Shown: positions 12,942 through 25,800, counted from the stretch's first letter. The stretch: 64,000 bases of DNA from Botryllus schlosseri (GCA_051294905.1 CM119376.1:28520001-28584000), one strand, 5' to 3'. The notes: generated by a model not told the origin, from the sequence alone. Numbers and translations are program-made.

Positions 12942-13194
12942 ATAAAGTTTCTTGTATCTCAAGTGAGGAGCAGTATCTCGCCAGCTATGCGACAGTCGAG
13001 CATCTCCACATTCAATTAGACAAGCATATTCTACTGGTCGAATGCTAGTCAGCCTTCAAGATTACGGGACCACGATCTGACATACTGACTTCGTCAATCG
13101 ACACATGCCACCTCGTTTTCATTGCTGGTCCTTTTATGCCATCCTTCACTTCTTCCGTCCAGCGTGACTGTCTCTTCAGTACGTCGCCATGGTC

Positions 13195-13303
13195 CAGGGT
13201 TGTGTCTGGTTTCAAAGACTACTCCGTGTCGATTCGGCACCTTCCTATCTTCTCATTGTGTCACAATCTTGTGGTGAATTGATATGATGAAATTATTAAT
13301 AAG
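13195..13303 (+). repeat. Dispersed ~110-bp repeat, copy 1 of 3 (probable DNA-transposon left end)
   Basis: CAGGGTTGTGTC...AAAGACTACTCC...CTATCTTCTCATTGTGTCACAATCTTGTGGTG matches 29017-29128 and 49131-49240. Confidence 0.75.
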
Positions 13304-13540
13304 CTGATACAGTTACTGATCTATATCATTGGCGGGAGATGGTATACCTTTTCATCAATTCAATCGTCAGATCATCATTATGCAGGAATGACATAGACCA
13401 GGAAACGAAACATACACGCGGACGGACAGGCCACTAAACGACGCGATAGCGGTTTCCATACGTCTGCAAACCGTGAAGGCATCTATCACGCGGAAATAAC
13501 ACTGTTTCCAAAAACTGAACTGACAACTTTAAAGCCCAAT

Positions 13541-13640
13541 NNNNNNNNNNNNNNNNNNNNNNNNNNNNNNNNNNNNNNNNNNNNNNNNNNNNNNNNNNNN
13601 NNNNNNNNNNNNNNNNNNNNNNNNNNNNNNNNNNNNNNNN
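13541..13640. other. Assembly gap (100 N)
   Basis: Exactly 100 N, the usual placeholder for a gap of unknown size. Confidence 0.99.
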
Positions 13641-14269
13641 ATAACTTCCAATATTTACTCATCTCGTTATCGTTCCATAATATGGAATAAATTGAACCAA
13701 GGAAAACGACCAAGCACTTATACGATGACATGACACCCTCCACGCGTACGTCATCAATCACGATGGCCTCCGCAGACACTTCAGATTTGAATAATTTCCA
13801 TTTGCCGTTGATGGACAAACACCCGTTCGAAAACAATTACGAACGCCTAATTAGCGGGATGGTTCGTGGAATAAATTAACGTATAGCAAAATACTAGATA
13901 TGTTTGCACAAGTCCGACGCTTTATCATTGGTGGCACGCCTCATCTACCCAGAACATGCTCCATCGTTTTACGCCGACGCATAATCGACTACATTCGGCA
14001 TTGCATGTCCGATCGATCTTACGTTCCCGCGACTGTTCTGTTGGAAGATATTTATGCTCGGAAGTAACTCTAATAACAACCGTTTGCGGTATTAAATCTT
14101 ATCACACGCATTTCCTAAACAGGGTATGTGGTTGAGTGATGTCGTTCAATGAATTTCGGTTATTGTGATAGGGGGATGTAGTGCCGATTTTCAGTGGCCA
14201 TTCAATGAAGCGTCAAAACCAGAGGTGCATGCTCACTTGCTCAGTAAGGGAGTAGGATTCTAGTTTTCC

Positions 14270-14988
14270 GATGTACTCAAGTATGTTTTGCGTACTTGCA
14301 CAATTGTTACTCAAGTGGTTATGTATTTGGAAACTTCAACTTCTACTTGACAGTGTTCTCTAGGGAAAACTATTTACTTTTTATAATTTCGATTTTTGAA
14401 AGTAGAAATATGTTAGGATATGTATTTTTAGAGCCAAATTGTTCTAAAAGACTCTCTAAACAGTCACTGTATCAAGGTAACTTAATATTCTGTACATGTT
14501 TGCAATGTCGTTAGTAATTTTGGGTCAGCTGCGTTTGGTCTTCCAATTTACTGCTAAAAGTATGCGGTCCACGACCAAATTAATTTTTTTAAACTATTTA
14601 ATTCGTACGTTTCATCGCCTTCATTTTCTACTCGAAGTAGTTTTGACATTTTTATTGAAATTGAAACCTATACTTGTAATTGAGTAGAACTTTACTATTT
14701 TACTTACACTTCTACTTGCGTGTATCAACCCACTGTCTGCTTTTTTGTAGTTTTGTATATTTATTGTCATTTGTTATGTACCATCGATTGAAATGTGTAT
14801 ACTCCTACAGGTGGCGACTGTGTACTAAGGCCTTGCGGCCCCTCGTCGTCATCCTGGTCCGTACCGGATTTTTACTGGTGTGACAAATAAAAAAAATGAT
14901 TGATTTTTATTGAAATTGAAACCTATACTTGTAATTGAGTAGAACTTTACTATGTTACTTTCACTTCTACTTGCGTGTATCAACCCTG
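14270..14988. mobile_element. Degenerate TACTTG/TACTCAAGT-repeat DNA element ending in CAACCCTG
   Basis: Repeated TACTCAAGT/CTACTTG motifs and an hAT-like right end at 14981-14988; related fragments at about 15450-15620, 29365-29500, 43000-43090 and 58160-58416; left end not identified. Confidence 0.55.
14732..14902 (+). mobile_element. 171-bp retroelement-like 3' end flanked by an 84-bp direct repeat
   Basis: Ends in AATAAAAAAAATGATTG; flanks 14648-14731 and 14903-14986 are 82/84 identical. Confidence 0.6.
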
Positions 14989-16395
14989 CCTACTTTACAC
15001 GAACACGAAGACAGAACCCCCTCCAGTCCTGGGATATATGAAGTATTCGATCCGAGTCAGAGCATCGTCTTCGAGTGCTCCTACCACCCATTCGTGAATA
15101 GGAAGGTCTGCCGCAGTTGTACGAGATAATATGCGCCCTTTCCTCTGCGAGTTTTGAAGTTACCGCCATCATTTCATGATGTTTGTGTCACAACTATGGG
15201 GCGTGGCACAGTGAGTTGAATCTGAATCATGTAGTAATTGCGATGATTCAAATGGAGTAGTGAGATAGGACTTTTCGAGTACTGAAGCTATACGCAAAGA
15301 GTTAATTTATCAACAATAATTCAAGTTTCGACGCTTTTCCCAGCGTTTTACCCTTGAACTTCGATTGGTCGTATCACAGCATCCAAAACGTTTAGCACAA
15401 GGGTACGTTCGTTGGTGGAAAGCATATTTCCTTGAAGTCGTGATGAACCAGAGGTAGTCAAAGTAGTCAAGAAAGCTACTCAAGTAGAAATAGCAATAGC
15501 GGCGAATAAATCTACTCAAGTGCCAGTATAAGTATACTTCTTCCATAAGCATCCTAAAGCTACTTGAAGTAGAAGTAGAATTGACTCACTTTATATATAC
15601 TCAAGTAAGTAAGTAGTTGCGAAAACGATCGTAAGTCGTTTGCCAGGATTGTCAAAATCTGCAAATTGAGCTATGCGAAAGGTTATTGTCGATACCGAGT
15701 CGAATCACTCAGGAACTACATTTTGCCCGTGTCTAGTCACAACACAATGGCTCTTGGAGGTCAGTTCACCACCATTTATTCAATTCACTGTCTCCTAGAA
15801 ACCAGCAGGTAATACGTGGAAGTAAACGGTGGTATGCATTATCCGTTCCTCATTGGAATGTTCAAATTTAGTCCGGATGCAGAGTGGTGTGAGCGCGAGG
15901 GGGTTCGAGATTGCTAATCTTACTAATGAAGAGATGCATTAAGCGCGAAAGCGCAATCCCAGGTAGTGCGCGGCCCCAAGGGTCATGGGAAACTACTCGT
16001 AGCTCAATCGCACAGTAAACAAACAAAGCAAAGCCCCGAAATTGAACAAAGCAATGAATCATTGGCAAAAAGCTAATTCGCAGATAAGAAAGCTGCGTAA
16101 GAATATCTCCGCCGCAATCTGTTAGCGTGCCTGCATTTCCGTTGGGAGGTGTTAGCGCGGTAAATTGTTGTAAACTATGTTATGGGTAATGGGTACGCGT
16201 ATACGCACGCCGCGACGACTACCCGGCAATTAGGCAAGGTTACGGAGGCTAAATTTTACCATGTGCGTGACGGGATTAAATTACTTAACGCTGGCAATCG
16301 AATATGTCTCGAATGCATTCGTCCAATACTAAGAACACTTTCTCGTTGATGAATTCACTGAATAAGGTATCTTAACTTATGCAAAACTTCACTGT

Positions 16396-16739
16396 ACAAC
16401 GGGATAATATATTCACATTGAAATAAACCCGGCTGACATTCGTCAGGGGTAATCGTTATCAACTGTTGAATAAAAACATTGTGTAGGCTGTATCAGCAGT
16501 CATATCACCAAATACGATGTTACCGGCGTGAAATGTCAAATAATCGGGGCGAAGAAGTCGCTTTTAAGCTCAATGTGCTATTTTTAGATATTGCGCTAGC
16601 TCATATTTAGTGATACAATTGCTGATAGACAATATCCTTACCAATACTCTTACTAGTTGCTGACGATTACCCCTGACGAGTGTCAGTCGAAAATATTCTG
16701 GTTTTATTTGAATATTATTATATTATTCAATCGTATATT
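16396..16739. mobile_element. Long-TIR (~85 bp) MITE of unassigned superfamily
   Basis: Inverted arms containing GCTGACATTCGTCAGGGGTAATCG / CGATTACCCCTGACGAGTGTCAG; right end TATTCAATCGTATATT; spacer shares ATCACCAAATACGA with 56586-56940; left boundary approximate. Confidence 0.75.
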
Positions 16740-17821
16740 GAGTTTCCGTACCTCCGAAAACCCCGTCAATTTAGATATTGTTTTATAAAAGATACACATT
16801 CCCCTGTGAAATATGAAAGAACATACACAAAAGCGTATTGCAGATTGGCCCTTGTTCATTATCACGCTCCGTTCATCCAACGCCATCAAGTCACCGCGAA
16901 AAGTGTGAGATAGAGTACTTAATTGTTTGCTTTTCGTAGTCTTAGGTTTCCTGCGAGATCCATCAACAACGGTGGGTTTGACAGAGTCGTTTTTCACCCG
17001 CCTCACCTTGTTCGAGCGTCCTCGAAGATGTTGGATAATTTTCGTAATACAAATGCGTGCTGCTTACCGAGCGGCATGTCCACTGCTTTGCTACAATAAC
17101 ACAAGCGTGCTGAGTGAATGACTAATAGCAAAATCAATTGACCGGTAAAGCAAGTAATAGTACCTCCATGACAGTTCTTTATCTTCATTCCTAAGCTGGA
17201 TTTATTTCACAGTCACTCTCAATTACCTGCCCGCTTTGCGCTGTTCTCTTTGCGTTGTTTATACGCAAAACTACACTAGGTGTATAGGTATTTTATTAGT
17301 TTTTTGGATGACACCAGACTGATTTTACGATATCGTAGCGTTGAAAGAGGTAAGTGGCTGATGTTGCGTTGTCACGGGTCACGCAAGCTTGTTATACGGC
17401 TCGGTCGCGCCAGACAGGTTTTATCCGCGCCACTTGTGGGGTTTAACGTTCCTCACATTACTTTGGCAGTGACGCGAGACACAATTCGTAACGTGATACA
17501 TTATTGGGGGCTACAAGGTGAACTAACAACGTCCAAATCGCTGCTACAGCGCGCTGCAGTCTGTGGGAAAATTTGCTCACTACCGCCTTAGCTACTGCCT
17601 TAATTGATGTAAGCGGCAAAGTTTCTATATCCTTTCATCGAATTATGAGCCGGGCTGGGCAAAAACTTGTACCACAGTGATTCGATTCTTAATCGAGTAT
17701 TCGGATTCGAGTCGAGTGAGTATCACTCATGACAGTATGAGGTCATCACAGTATGAGCGACATGGGAAGTATAAATATATGTACCGTTTACCATGAGAAA
17801 CAGTTTTACATCACATTAAAG

Positions 17822-18166
17822 TAGGGTTACCATATTTTGAGATCCGAAAAATAGGACAATTATCCAATTTCCCGAATGCTCTAGTACCGCAAGAGAAAAC
17901 TAGTGATTTTGCAAATTAAAAAAAAAGGTCATCTTTCCTAACTCTGCTCCGAAATACCCGTCGCGCCGTATTTTTCGTTGATTGCCTTGCAGGCTCTGAC
18001 GTTCGCTGCATCGGAGTCCAGTTTTTGAGCGCATTTTAACTTTTTTTCGAGAAGAAGAGGACAAATTCCCAAAATAAAACGATATTTAGGCGTCCTCCGA
18101 GGACACTTTCAATTTATTGAAAAAAGAGGACAAAAACCTCTTAAATAATGACATACGTTAACCCTA
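17822..18166. mobile_element. MITE with TAGGGTTACC-type TIR
   Basis: TAGGGTTACC / CGTTAACCCTA; AGGAC subterminal repeats; TSD ambiguous (ATTAAAG vs ATTAAAA); related terminus at 62370-62379. Confidence 0.7.
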
Positions 18167-18319
18167 ATTAAAATTAAGTTGGTCTTCTTTGACCATACCT
18201 ATGTCATCAGTTGTAACAATGCAATTGGTTAATCACGAAATCGCGAATATGTTATTTTCACTAAGGTGCGTAGCTAGAAGTGTATCGCTAATATGCTAAT
18301 ATCTATCAACACCGTATAC

Positions 18320-19453
18320 CAGTGGTCGGGAACCAATGGCTCGCGAGCCATATATGGCTCTTTGGGTATAAGATCTGGCACTTTGATAAATTTTTAATTT
18401 TATACCTAATTTATCAATATTGCAGCAACTTGTTAGTAAATTTTCATGACGGCGAGAATCATTATTCTCGTGTCAGCATGAACATGTCTTTGAGAGGTCA
18501 AGACAGTGGGGTATCCAGGGTTAGGGGCAGGACCTCCCTCTTCAAAATCCCCAAATTTAAGCTGCTGTCGAACCGGCGTCTAACAGCGCTCGTGAACTCG
18601 ATCTACCAACGTTGATTCGATCTACCAAATCGTGAATTACACGATACCTTGATCGACGAAAGAGAGTAGCAGACGTGGCGACACTGTTACGACAACAGTT
18701 TTCAAATGCACATTGTCTTCCTGATCTACACCGAGAAATACAATTACAAATTCAAATTAAAAACAACGCCACAGCTATTATCCATTTTCTTTATATGGGC
18801 TAGTAGCTTTCTATCACCGCCGTAAAGATGTAGGTGTGTAACGCTACGTTACGTTACGCTGTATATTTTAGAAGTAGATCAATACTTGGATTTTTAGAAT
18901 CAGCGAGGTAACTACATCTCATTAATATAAGTAATTATAAATTCTTAGCTAGTTACTATGAGTTGTACTGTCACAGGTGACGCTTGGATCGTCTGTGCCT
19001 CATCTGAGCCTCACCTCTCCTTTCGCGCTTTATTTTCGAACAACAAATATGAAAATTCCGTGATTTGGAGAATAAAAATGTTTAAAATCTAGTCATTCAT
19101 AAACATCGATAGAAGATAACAATAACAATATCGATTGAAGGGTTCACAATTCTCCTTCACTTATCACTGACGACATCCGAGGCACTGCCTCGCTTGTCTC
19201 ACCTAACCCCACGTCACTGATGTATCACACGGTGGGTATGTACTGCTCTAGGGACCACATTTGGCTCTACCTACACATGCGGGCAGAGAAATATATTCCA
19301 CATTACGAATCACATATATTAGTGCGCTAGCAATACGCCACGGATGTTAAATTGTGACGTAACAGTTGTTCGACATGTATGGTTCTTTGGGAGTTACATT
19401 TGAAAATATTGGGCCAATATGGCTCTTCGGTCGTAAAAGGTTCCCGACCACTG
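18320..19453. mobile_element. Non-autonomous hAT (Buster/Charlie-type) element, 1134 bp
   Basis: Perfect 15-bp TIR CAGTGGTCGGGAACC / GGTTCCCGACCACTG; exact TSD CCGTATAC at 18312-18319 and 19454-19461; subterminal ATATGGCTCTT motif at both ends. Confidence 0.93.
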
Positions 19454-20506
19454 CCGTATACTAACGGAAGCATGATATCTTTTTCTGAGCTCATTATAAC
19501 ACTTTTGCTGCATCGCGTATAGGCCTATATTGTCTTTAGATTCAATTTTGAAAGCTAATTGATACTTATTGCTTTAGCGGCCGAAGTAAAAAACTATTAT
19601 TCACCTATAATCCTCGGCAGTGCGAATTCCTCATTTTGCGGTAATAGACACTGTGTGGATGGACTTTCTGAAAATGAACGAATGCACACACGCGTTCTAG
19701 CATTTCTTATCTGTTTTCCAATCAGGATAATGACCCCGACGGGGTGCGTTTACTTGACAACAAGCATCACTAAAACCCAATGGAATGTGGAACAAAATAG
19801 ACTATTTGTCATTCTATAATTGTAGTAGGGCTTTTGTACGTTAAAAAAGCATTATACTGCGCGTGAATCGCGTTATGTTATTTAATAATCTTGATGACCT
19901 TCTCCACACAACATATTATACTCAAGGTGCCACCTGTCGGTTACAATATGAATATGTCGGTTTAATCTCCCGAAACGTTCTGTATGTTACCAGTTACGCT
20001 AACAAGAGAACTTCCCCTAGGTTTTCTGTGTTATTTATGAACTGTTTTGAGGAGTCACAAAATTATAATAAGATGGGCCGAATATATTTCCCATCTTTAT
20101 ACGTAGGGTTGTGTTTAAAAGAAAAATCAACTTAAGGAAATAGGCTTTCAACCCCTGTAATATAGCCTACGTACCAAAAATATCTTTAACCAGGACTACA
20201 TCGTCATGTAGCATTTTTACGGTCGGCGGTCATCATCATCAGAACATGCATGCCGTACCAATGATCTATATCAGGGGCGGGCAACATACGGCCCGCGGAC
20301 AGTTTTGTGTCTTACATGATAATGCGGCCCTCGGCCCCAGTCTGCCGAGATTCCCCAGTACTTGCTTACTACGTCAAATTTTAGTGACTGTATGTTATTA
20401 TATACGTGTATGCGCATTGCGCAGCGTGCGAGAGTGGAGCTTACGCGTAAGTTCGTCGAAGCCATGAGACTTGCATTATCGGCATTTACGATATACTCAA
20501 CTCTAA

Positions 20507-20642
20507 TGTCGTTTGTGGTAATCGTGGTATTTGTCGACTACAATGGTCATTGACTGCAGGCTGCAGTCTGATATTTCTTATTTTTGATTCCGTAACCGCC
20601 GACTTGTAGCACGGCACACTTCTAGGCTTTTGTAAGGTACCG
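20507..20642 (-). mobile_element. 3' part of the tRNA-derived SINE family
   Basis: Reverse complement matches about 56325-56453 (AAAAGCCTAGAAGTG...GTCGACAAA). Confidence 0.7.
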
Positions 20643-21188
20643 CTTATGCCAGGGGTCGCCAACTCAAAACGGGTCGCGGCCACTTTTCAAATTTCGTAGA
20701 GGAAGCGGGACGCATGAATTCAATTCAATATCGAGATTAATTAGGCAATACAGTTGAATAACGACGCTATCTCGTCACCTACTTAACCCTAATGAATTGA
20801 TATCTTGGTAAATTTGGGGCACCGTAGGGATGGCGTGAACCTCTGAAAGGCTCAGGTTCGCGTAACCTTTTAAAAAGGTTCTGTATGAACGCGAACGTGA
20901 ACCTCATGACGTCACGTGACGTCATATTGCTAATTCCAACGCTTACATTTCAGGGAAGTGAGAGCCTATCTATACTAATGTAATGTACACAATGCCTAGC
21001 GACGACTCGGTCCAATAATGCCACAATGCCGAAGTATATATTGACGTTTTAAACGTCGCCAAGTGTATCAACTGGGGCAATCAAATGATGGGATTATCCC
21101 ATAAAATCAATATCTTCCGTCGCTTTGCCAACAATTTCGACGAGGACCTGCAAAGATTATAATAAGCTTACGCCTTAACGGTGTAGGC

Positions 21189-22021
21189 CAGGAGTGTCAA
21201 ACTCAAATTGCGTCGCGGGTCGGATTCAAGTCTTCAAATCGCCCGTGGGCCGGACGAGTCAACTGTTTACAAAATGTTACCTCGTGCTCTTGCTTTTGAA
21301 TATCTCGAAAGCATACATAGATAATACGCGGATCATAGGGTTTTTAAAGTAAGAAGTCGCAACATCATTGTTCGGTGTTCGCGAACAATGAAATTGACAG
21401 AAATGCTATGACTGTCCGCTAAAACAATGGCGTTAACAACGATGTAACTTGCCATATTCTATGGTCCCTTTGATTTAGTCGTAATCTGGCGTTAGCCCTG
21501 CATATACGTTGTGAGGAATACAAGATATTTGATTGGAAACGCGAAAGTTGAAATTTGGTTTATTATTATGAAACCGCAAGTCGCGTTTCTCTCATGTCTG
21601 GTGATGTAGTAAGTTGAAAGTGACACAGCAGTGCGATCATAGATATTCTAACTATATATTTGTGGACTAACATATTTTCCATCTAAACTGCCTATAACGG
21701 TTCCGCATTGGCGTTTTTCCTTCTGTGAATAACTACTTTTAGGTCTATATTTGTATAAACTCTTAACTTCGTGTGCACTTTTTCCCTTCTTGAAATTGGA
21801 TATTTATTTCACCGACTTGTTACTAGCCTATAGAGATAACTAGAGTGAAACCACAGCGTCGTAGTCGAGTAGTTATAATGGGGCTTACGAACTTGGTAGT
21901 ATTTCCTGCAAAAACTCAACATTTTTTACCAATGTGCTGGAAAATATAAGAATTTTTCACTCTACTCAGAATTGCTTCGCGGGCCGGATGCGGCCCGCGG
22001 ACCGTGTGTTTGACACCCCTG
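21189..22021. mobile_element. Non-autonomous hAT (Buster/Charlie-type) element, 833 bp, nested
   Basis: TIR CAGGAGTGTCAAAC / GTTTGACACCCCTG; exact TSD GTGTAGGC at 21181-21188 and 22022-22029; GGGCCGG/CGGCCCGCG subterminal motifs. Confidence 0.93.
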
Positions 22022-22193
22022 GTGTAGGCCATATCGGACAATGCATTCGGCGTCCGAGTATTGCTAGGCTGACATTGAGCAGTGTGTAAAACGGGTTTCT
22101 ATACTTGCTACCGATAATACCGCATTAACAAGTTATACAGCAGTAGCAAACACGCCAATCGCACGTATTTGGTTTTTATGATACCATAAACAT

Positions 22194-22857
22194 TAGGGCT
22201 CTTCAAAAATGACTTTTTTCCTCAAATCGTACTGGCTACTTGATAAAATTGTTAGGTTACCAAATTTAAGCCTACACACAAATTTTGGTTCAATTCCAGC
22301 CAGTAACCGCTTTGCTACAGGAGAAGAAAGTTTCTATTTATTATATAAAAATAAATAATAAAAAATTTGAAAATTTCCTGTTCACCCCATGAAATTGTTA
22401 GGCTGTCTATAGAAACGATGTTCACCAAATTTGGTTCAATTACAACCAGTGGAAGCGGAGTTATTGCCGTCGAAAAATTTGGATTTGAATAAAATAGTAT
22501 TTACGGTGACCGATTCTCTGTTTATTTATTATAGTTGTGCTCACCGTAAATACTATTTTATTCAAATCCAAATTTTTCGACGGCAATAACTCCGCTTCCA
22601 CTGGTTGGAATTGAACTAAATTTGGTGAGCATCGTTTCTATAGACAGCCTAACACTTTCATGGGGTGAACAGAAAATTTTCAAATTTTTTTATTATTTAT
22701 TTTTATATAATAAATAGAAACTTTCTTCTCCTGTAGCAAAGCGGTTACTGGCTGGAATTGAACCAAATTTTGTGTGTAGGCTTGAATTAGGTAACCTAAT
22801 AGTTTTATCAAGTAGCCAGTACGATTTGAGAAAAAAAGTCATTTTTGAAGAGCCCTA
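22194..22857. mobile_element. Foldback-type MITE, 664 bp, almost entirely palindromic, nested
   Basis: Arms 22194-22509 and 22541-22857 are near-perfect inverted repeats around a 31-bp spacer; exact TSD ATAAACAT at 22186-22193 and 22858-22865. Confidence 0.95.
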
Positions 22858-25800
22858 ATAAACATATGAAATCAAGATTGACCCCGTACGCCTGCCACAG
22901 GTTTTACATGAGACAACGATATCAATTTCAATAATTGATTGAATAAGCATCATTCGCTGACTACCTCCATGTAGTGTAATTCGCTTTCGATGTTGTGTGA
23001 TTGCGGGTTAAGCTCACAGCAGAGAGTCACTAAATATTCACAAACGGAAAGCTGGATATTTCGAGCAAAATTTTGTAACAAAGCAAGTAAAATTTTTGAG
23101 ATTGGTAAGGTGCATCACGTGCATGCCCGTTTGATGCTGATTTTTCTATGCTGCCAGCGCCATGCATAGAGTGGTGCGAAGTTGAAAGGCAAAGAGTTCC
23201 AACCAAAGATGTTATAATGAAGTGAAAATTGTGATCTATGGAAAAGGTTCACAGTTCAGAACCTACCAAGGTTCGTTTGTGAACGTGAACCTCTAAATTT
23301 CGGAGGTTTACACACAGAACGCGAACGTGAACCTCGCGTTCACACCATCCTTGGTACCAGGCTTATTGAGCGCCTTGAAATCTTAATTGAGGATTGCACC
23401 GTGTGGCGTGTGTTGATTGATCTGAGAGAAGCAGGCATGGCGGCGCCTGTATGACAATGCTATTCTCAAATCCACATTGTCTTCGTCATTATCGGCGAGA
23501 AATGGCTTTGAAGTGACAATGCTGTCATTAAAATACATTCATTAAATACGATTTATTCCTTGTAGATGTGGATAAATGGGCGAATAATGCATTGATCCAG
23601 CAATACGGCTCGCCGAGTACTTAATTTTCATATATCCGTCCCGACGACTGGAGAAGTTACCCGCCTCTGATCTGTTTAAAAACATGTTTAAAAACTGTTA
23701 TACACAGCCATCTGTTGTACATGCAACCATAATTGTATGGGAGGGGATCGGCCCTGAAGGCTATCGATCTATATCTGGTGTTGGTCGCTGCGGTTGAATT
23801 AATATAACATCCATCTATATTCTCCGAAAACGAAATCGTATCACATTATAGACATGTTATAGATTAGTGCTGGGAGTGTGTATCTCTCTGGGATGTGCTA
23901 TGATTGATACATGTTAAATTTCGTCCGGAATGGAGGTAAAGGCAGGATATCCGACTCGTCCCCGCGCTTAGAGAGGAGTTAGGATGCTGCATAGTGCTAT
24001 GAAACTATGTATTGATAATAAATTGATATGACGAAGTCGGATTGCATGATGTCATATCTTGTGGTGCTTGAACATGAAAGCAGTGAACATTCGATGTAAA
24101 TGAAGTGTCGAATTTCACGTTAGCGTCCGAGTACCGCAGCCACTTGCTCCACATGTACTCGGCAGGGTATCATGAACTCCACACGCTGTTGCATATAAGC
24201 TCTCGCAAAATATCCGTAATAACGAGCGATATGCAATATTTTAATAGTTAACATCAACATCCCCATGCTTAATAATATCATATAAACCAACACGGCTTTC
24301 GTCTGTTATTCAATACAAACAGGCTGTTATTGATCAAAGGCATGGGTTTACCCGATGGGTTTCAAATAGCTCGGATGCCGAGATACGGGTCATTAGTCGC
24401 CGCAGATTGAATGATACAATTTGTAGATTTTCTCCTTGGGTAAATATTGGGTTGTGAAAGCGTACACCGAAATTCGGATAGAAAATATCATTATGATATT
24501 TTGCGCAATATCGGCTTACAACAGCTGTAAAACCACTAGACTGGCGAATGTATAAGTCACATTCGACACGTGCAACAAAGATACATACACTATACTGCAG
24601 CTCGGATGGTCGGAAGTTATGAATATCTTCAATGTCAATCTCAGTGCCAAATTCAAATGTTGTTTTGAAATTTCAAATCATAAATATCGTATATTATTTC
24701 CCGAACGTCGGAGAATAACCGCAGCAAAAATATTTCAGATCTAGTCTTGTAACCTTGGGTATCATAAAGTTGCATATAGATCTTATTGATTAATGCTATT
24801 ACTTGCGGAATTGACGGGATCAGAAGCACAGTAGCAATGTCTTATTTCCTTCGATGAACTTAACCTTATCCAGTTTGATAGAAACGATGCATATAGCGTA
24901 GAAGTGACTGCCGCTGAATGAGGTTGGCTACAATGCATGATGTCTGCTGTTAATACACATTACACACTGTGGATTCACCAATGCGCAACGTTTGGAAAGA
25001 TATCGATTGCTGAGAATTTTGAAGTGAAAATGTATCGGTTTTTCGGTTCCACGCCTAATTACTTAAGATTTTAGAAATACGCTTGAACTTTCAACTATTC
25101 CTCCAAAACGGATACTAACAGTCATTCTAGTTGGAATCCGATATTTTTATGTTGATGGACAAATCCCTATTTCACGTGATGCTCATATATATATATCTAA
25201 ATCAAGGTTCTGTACAGTACACTATAGGCCGCCAATGGCGTGAGAACGGTTCTCCAGCATACACTCATTACCTCAGTTACATGAGCGTTGCACATTAAAC
25301 TGAAGACCTCCTTACAACAATTGAATTGACGGTATCAGTTGGCCAAGTATAGAGCCAACAATAGACAACGCCAAGCATTGTAAACTACGGATTTCTTTGC
25401 CAGCCGGAAAAGCAAAAATATTGATGACCACTAAAACAACATTTATAAATATAAACTGTAATATACACGAACATTACTACTAAAATCCCCTGAAAAACCA
25501 AACCAATGTGACTTTCGATAGCTGACTCTTCAGCAATGGAAAGGGTGCATCATTAACTATTTGAATCGAGGTACATCACGTGAGAGAGAACATCAGTGGT
25601 TCAAAATCGTTTTCATTAAATACAATTTATTCGCAGGAGCGGGTGGACTTGTATATAGGTTTAATGAAAATTGGGCCTAATGATAAAAAATAAAGACGGG
25701 ATACATTTTTATAACGGCAGTAAGATCCCTCTGTTACCGCGTATGCTCCAGGGATGGTATATGGAGGGCTACAAGACAGTCTTATATAGTATCCTGATTT

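Larger units (their letters stand above)
20825..23353. mobile_element. GTGAAC-repeat DNA element hosting two nested insertions
   Basis: TIR TAGGGATGGCGTGAAC / GTTCACACCATCCTTG (13/16); GAACGCGAACGTGAACCTC present near both ends; TSD not convincing. Confidence 0.7.

Noticed and set aside
13486-13836. 116-aa ORF in the supplied track
   Set aside because: It reads through 100 Ns of unknown true length, so the two sides cannot be joined.
16652-16690. Hairpin followed by CTAGT, first read as Helitron 3' ends (also at 41611, 55085, 56855)
   Set aside because: The motif occurs as inverted pairs around homologous spacers, so it is the inner part of a MITE TIR rather than an element terminus.
24000-25050. 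Minus-strand RVEFMIPC...VLGR*REIRH, reminiscent of a Penelope GIY-YIG endonuclease
   Set aside because: The GIY motif and conserved cysteine pair are missing and no colinear RT motifs could be read upstream.
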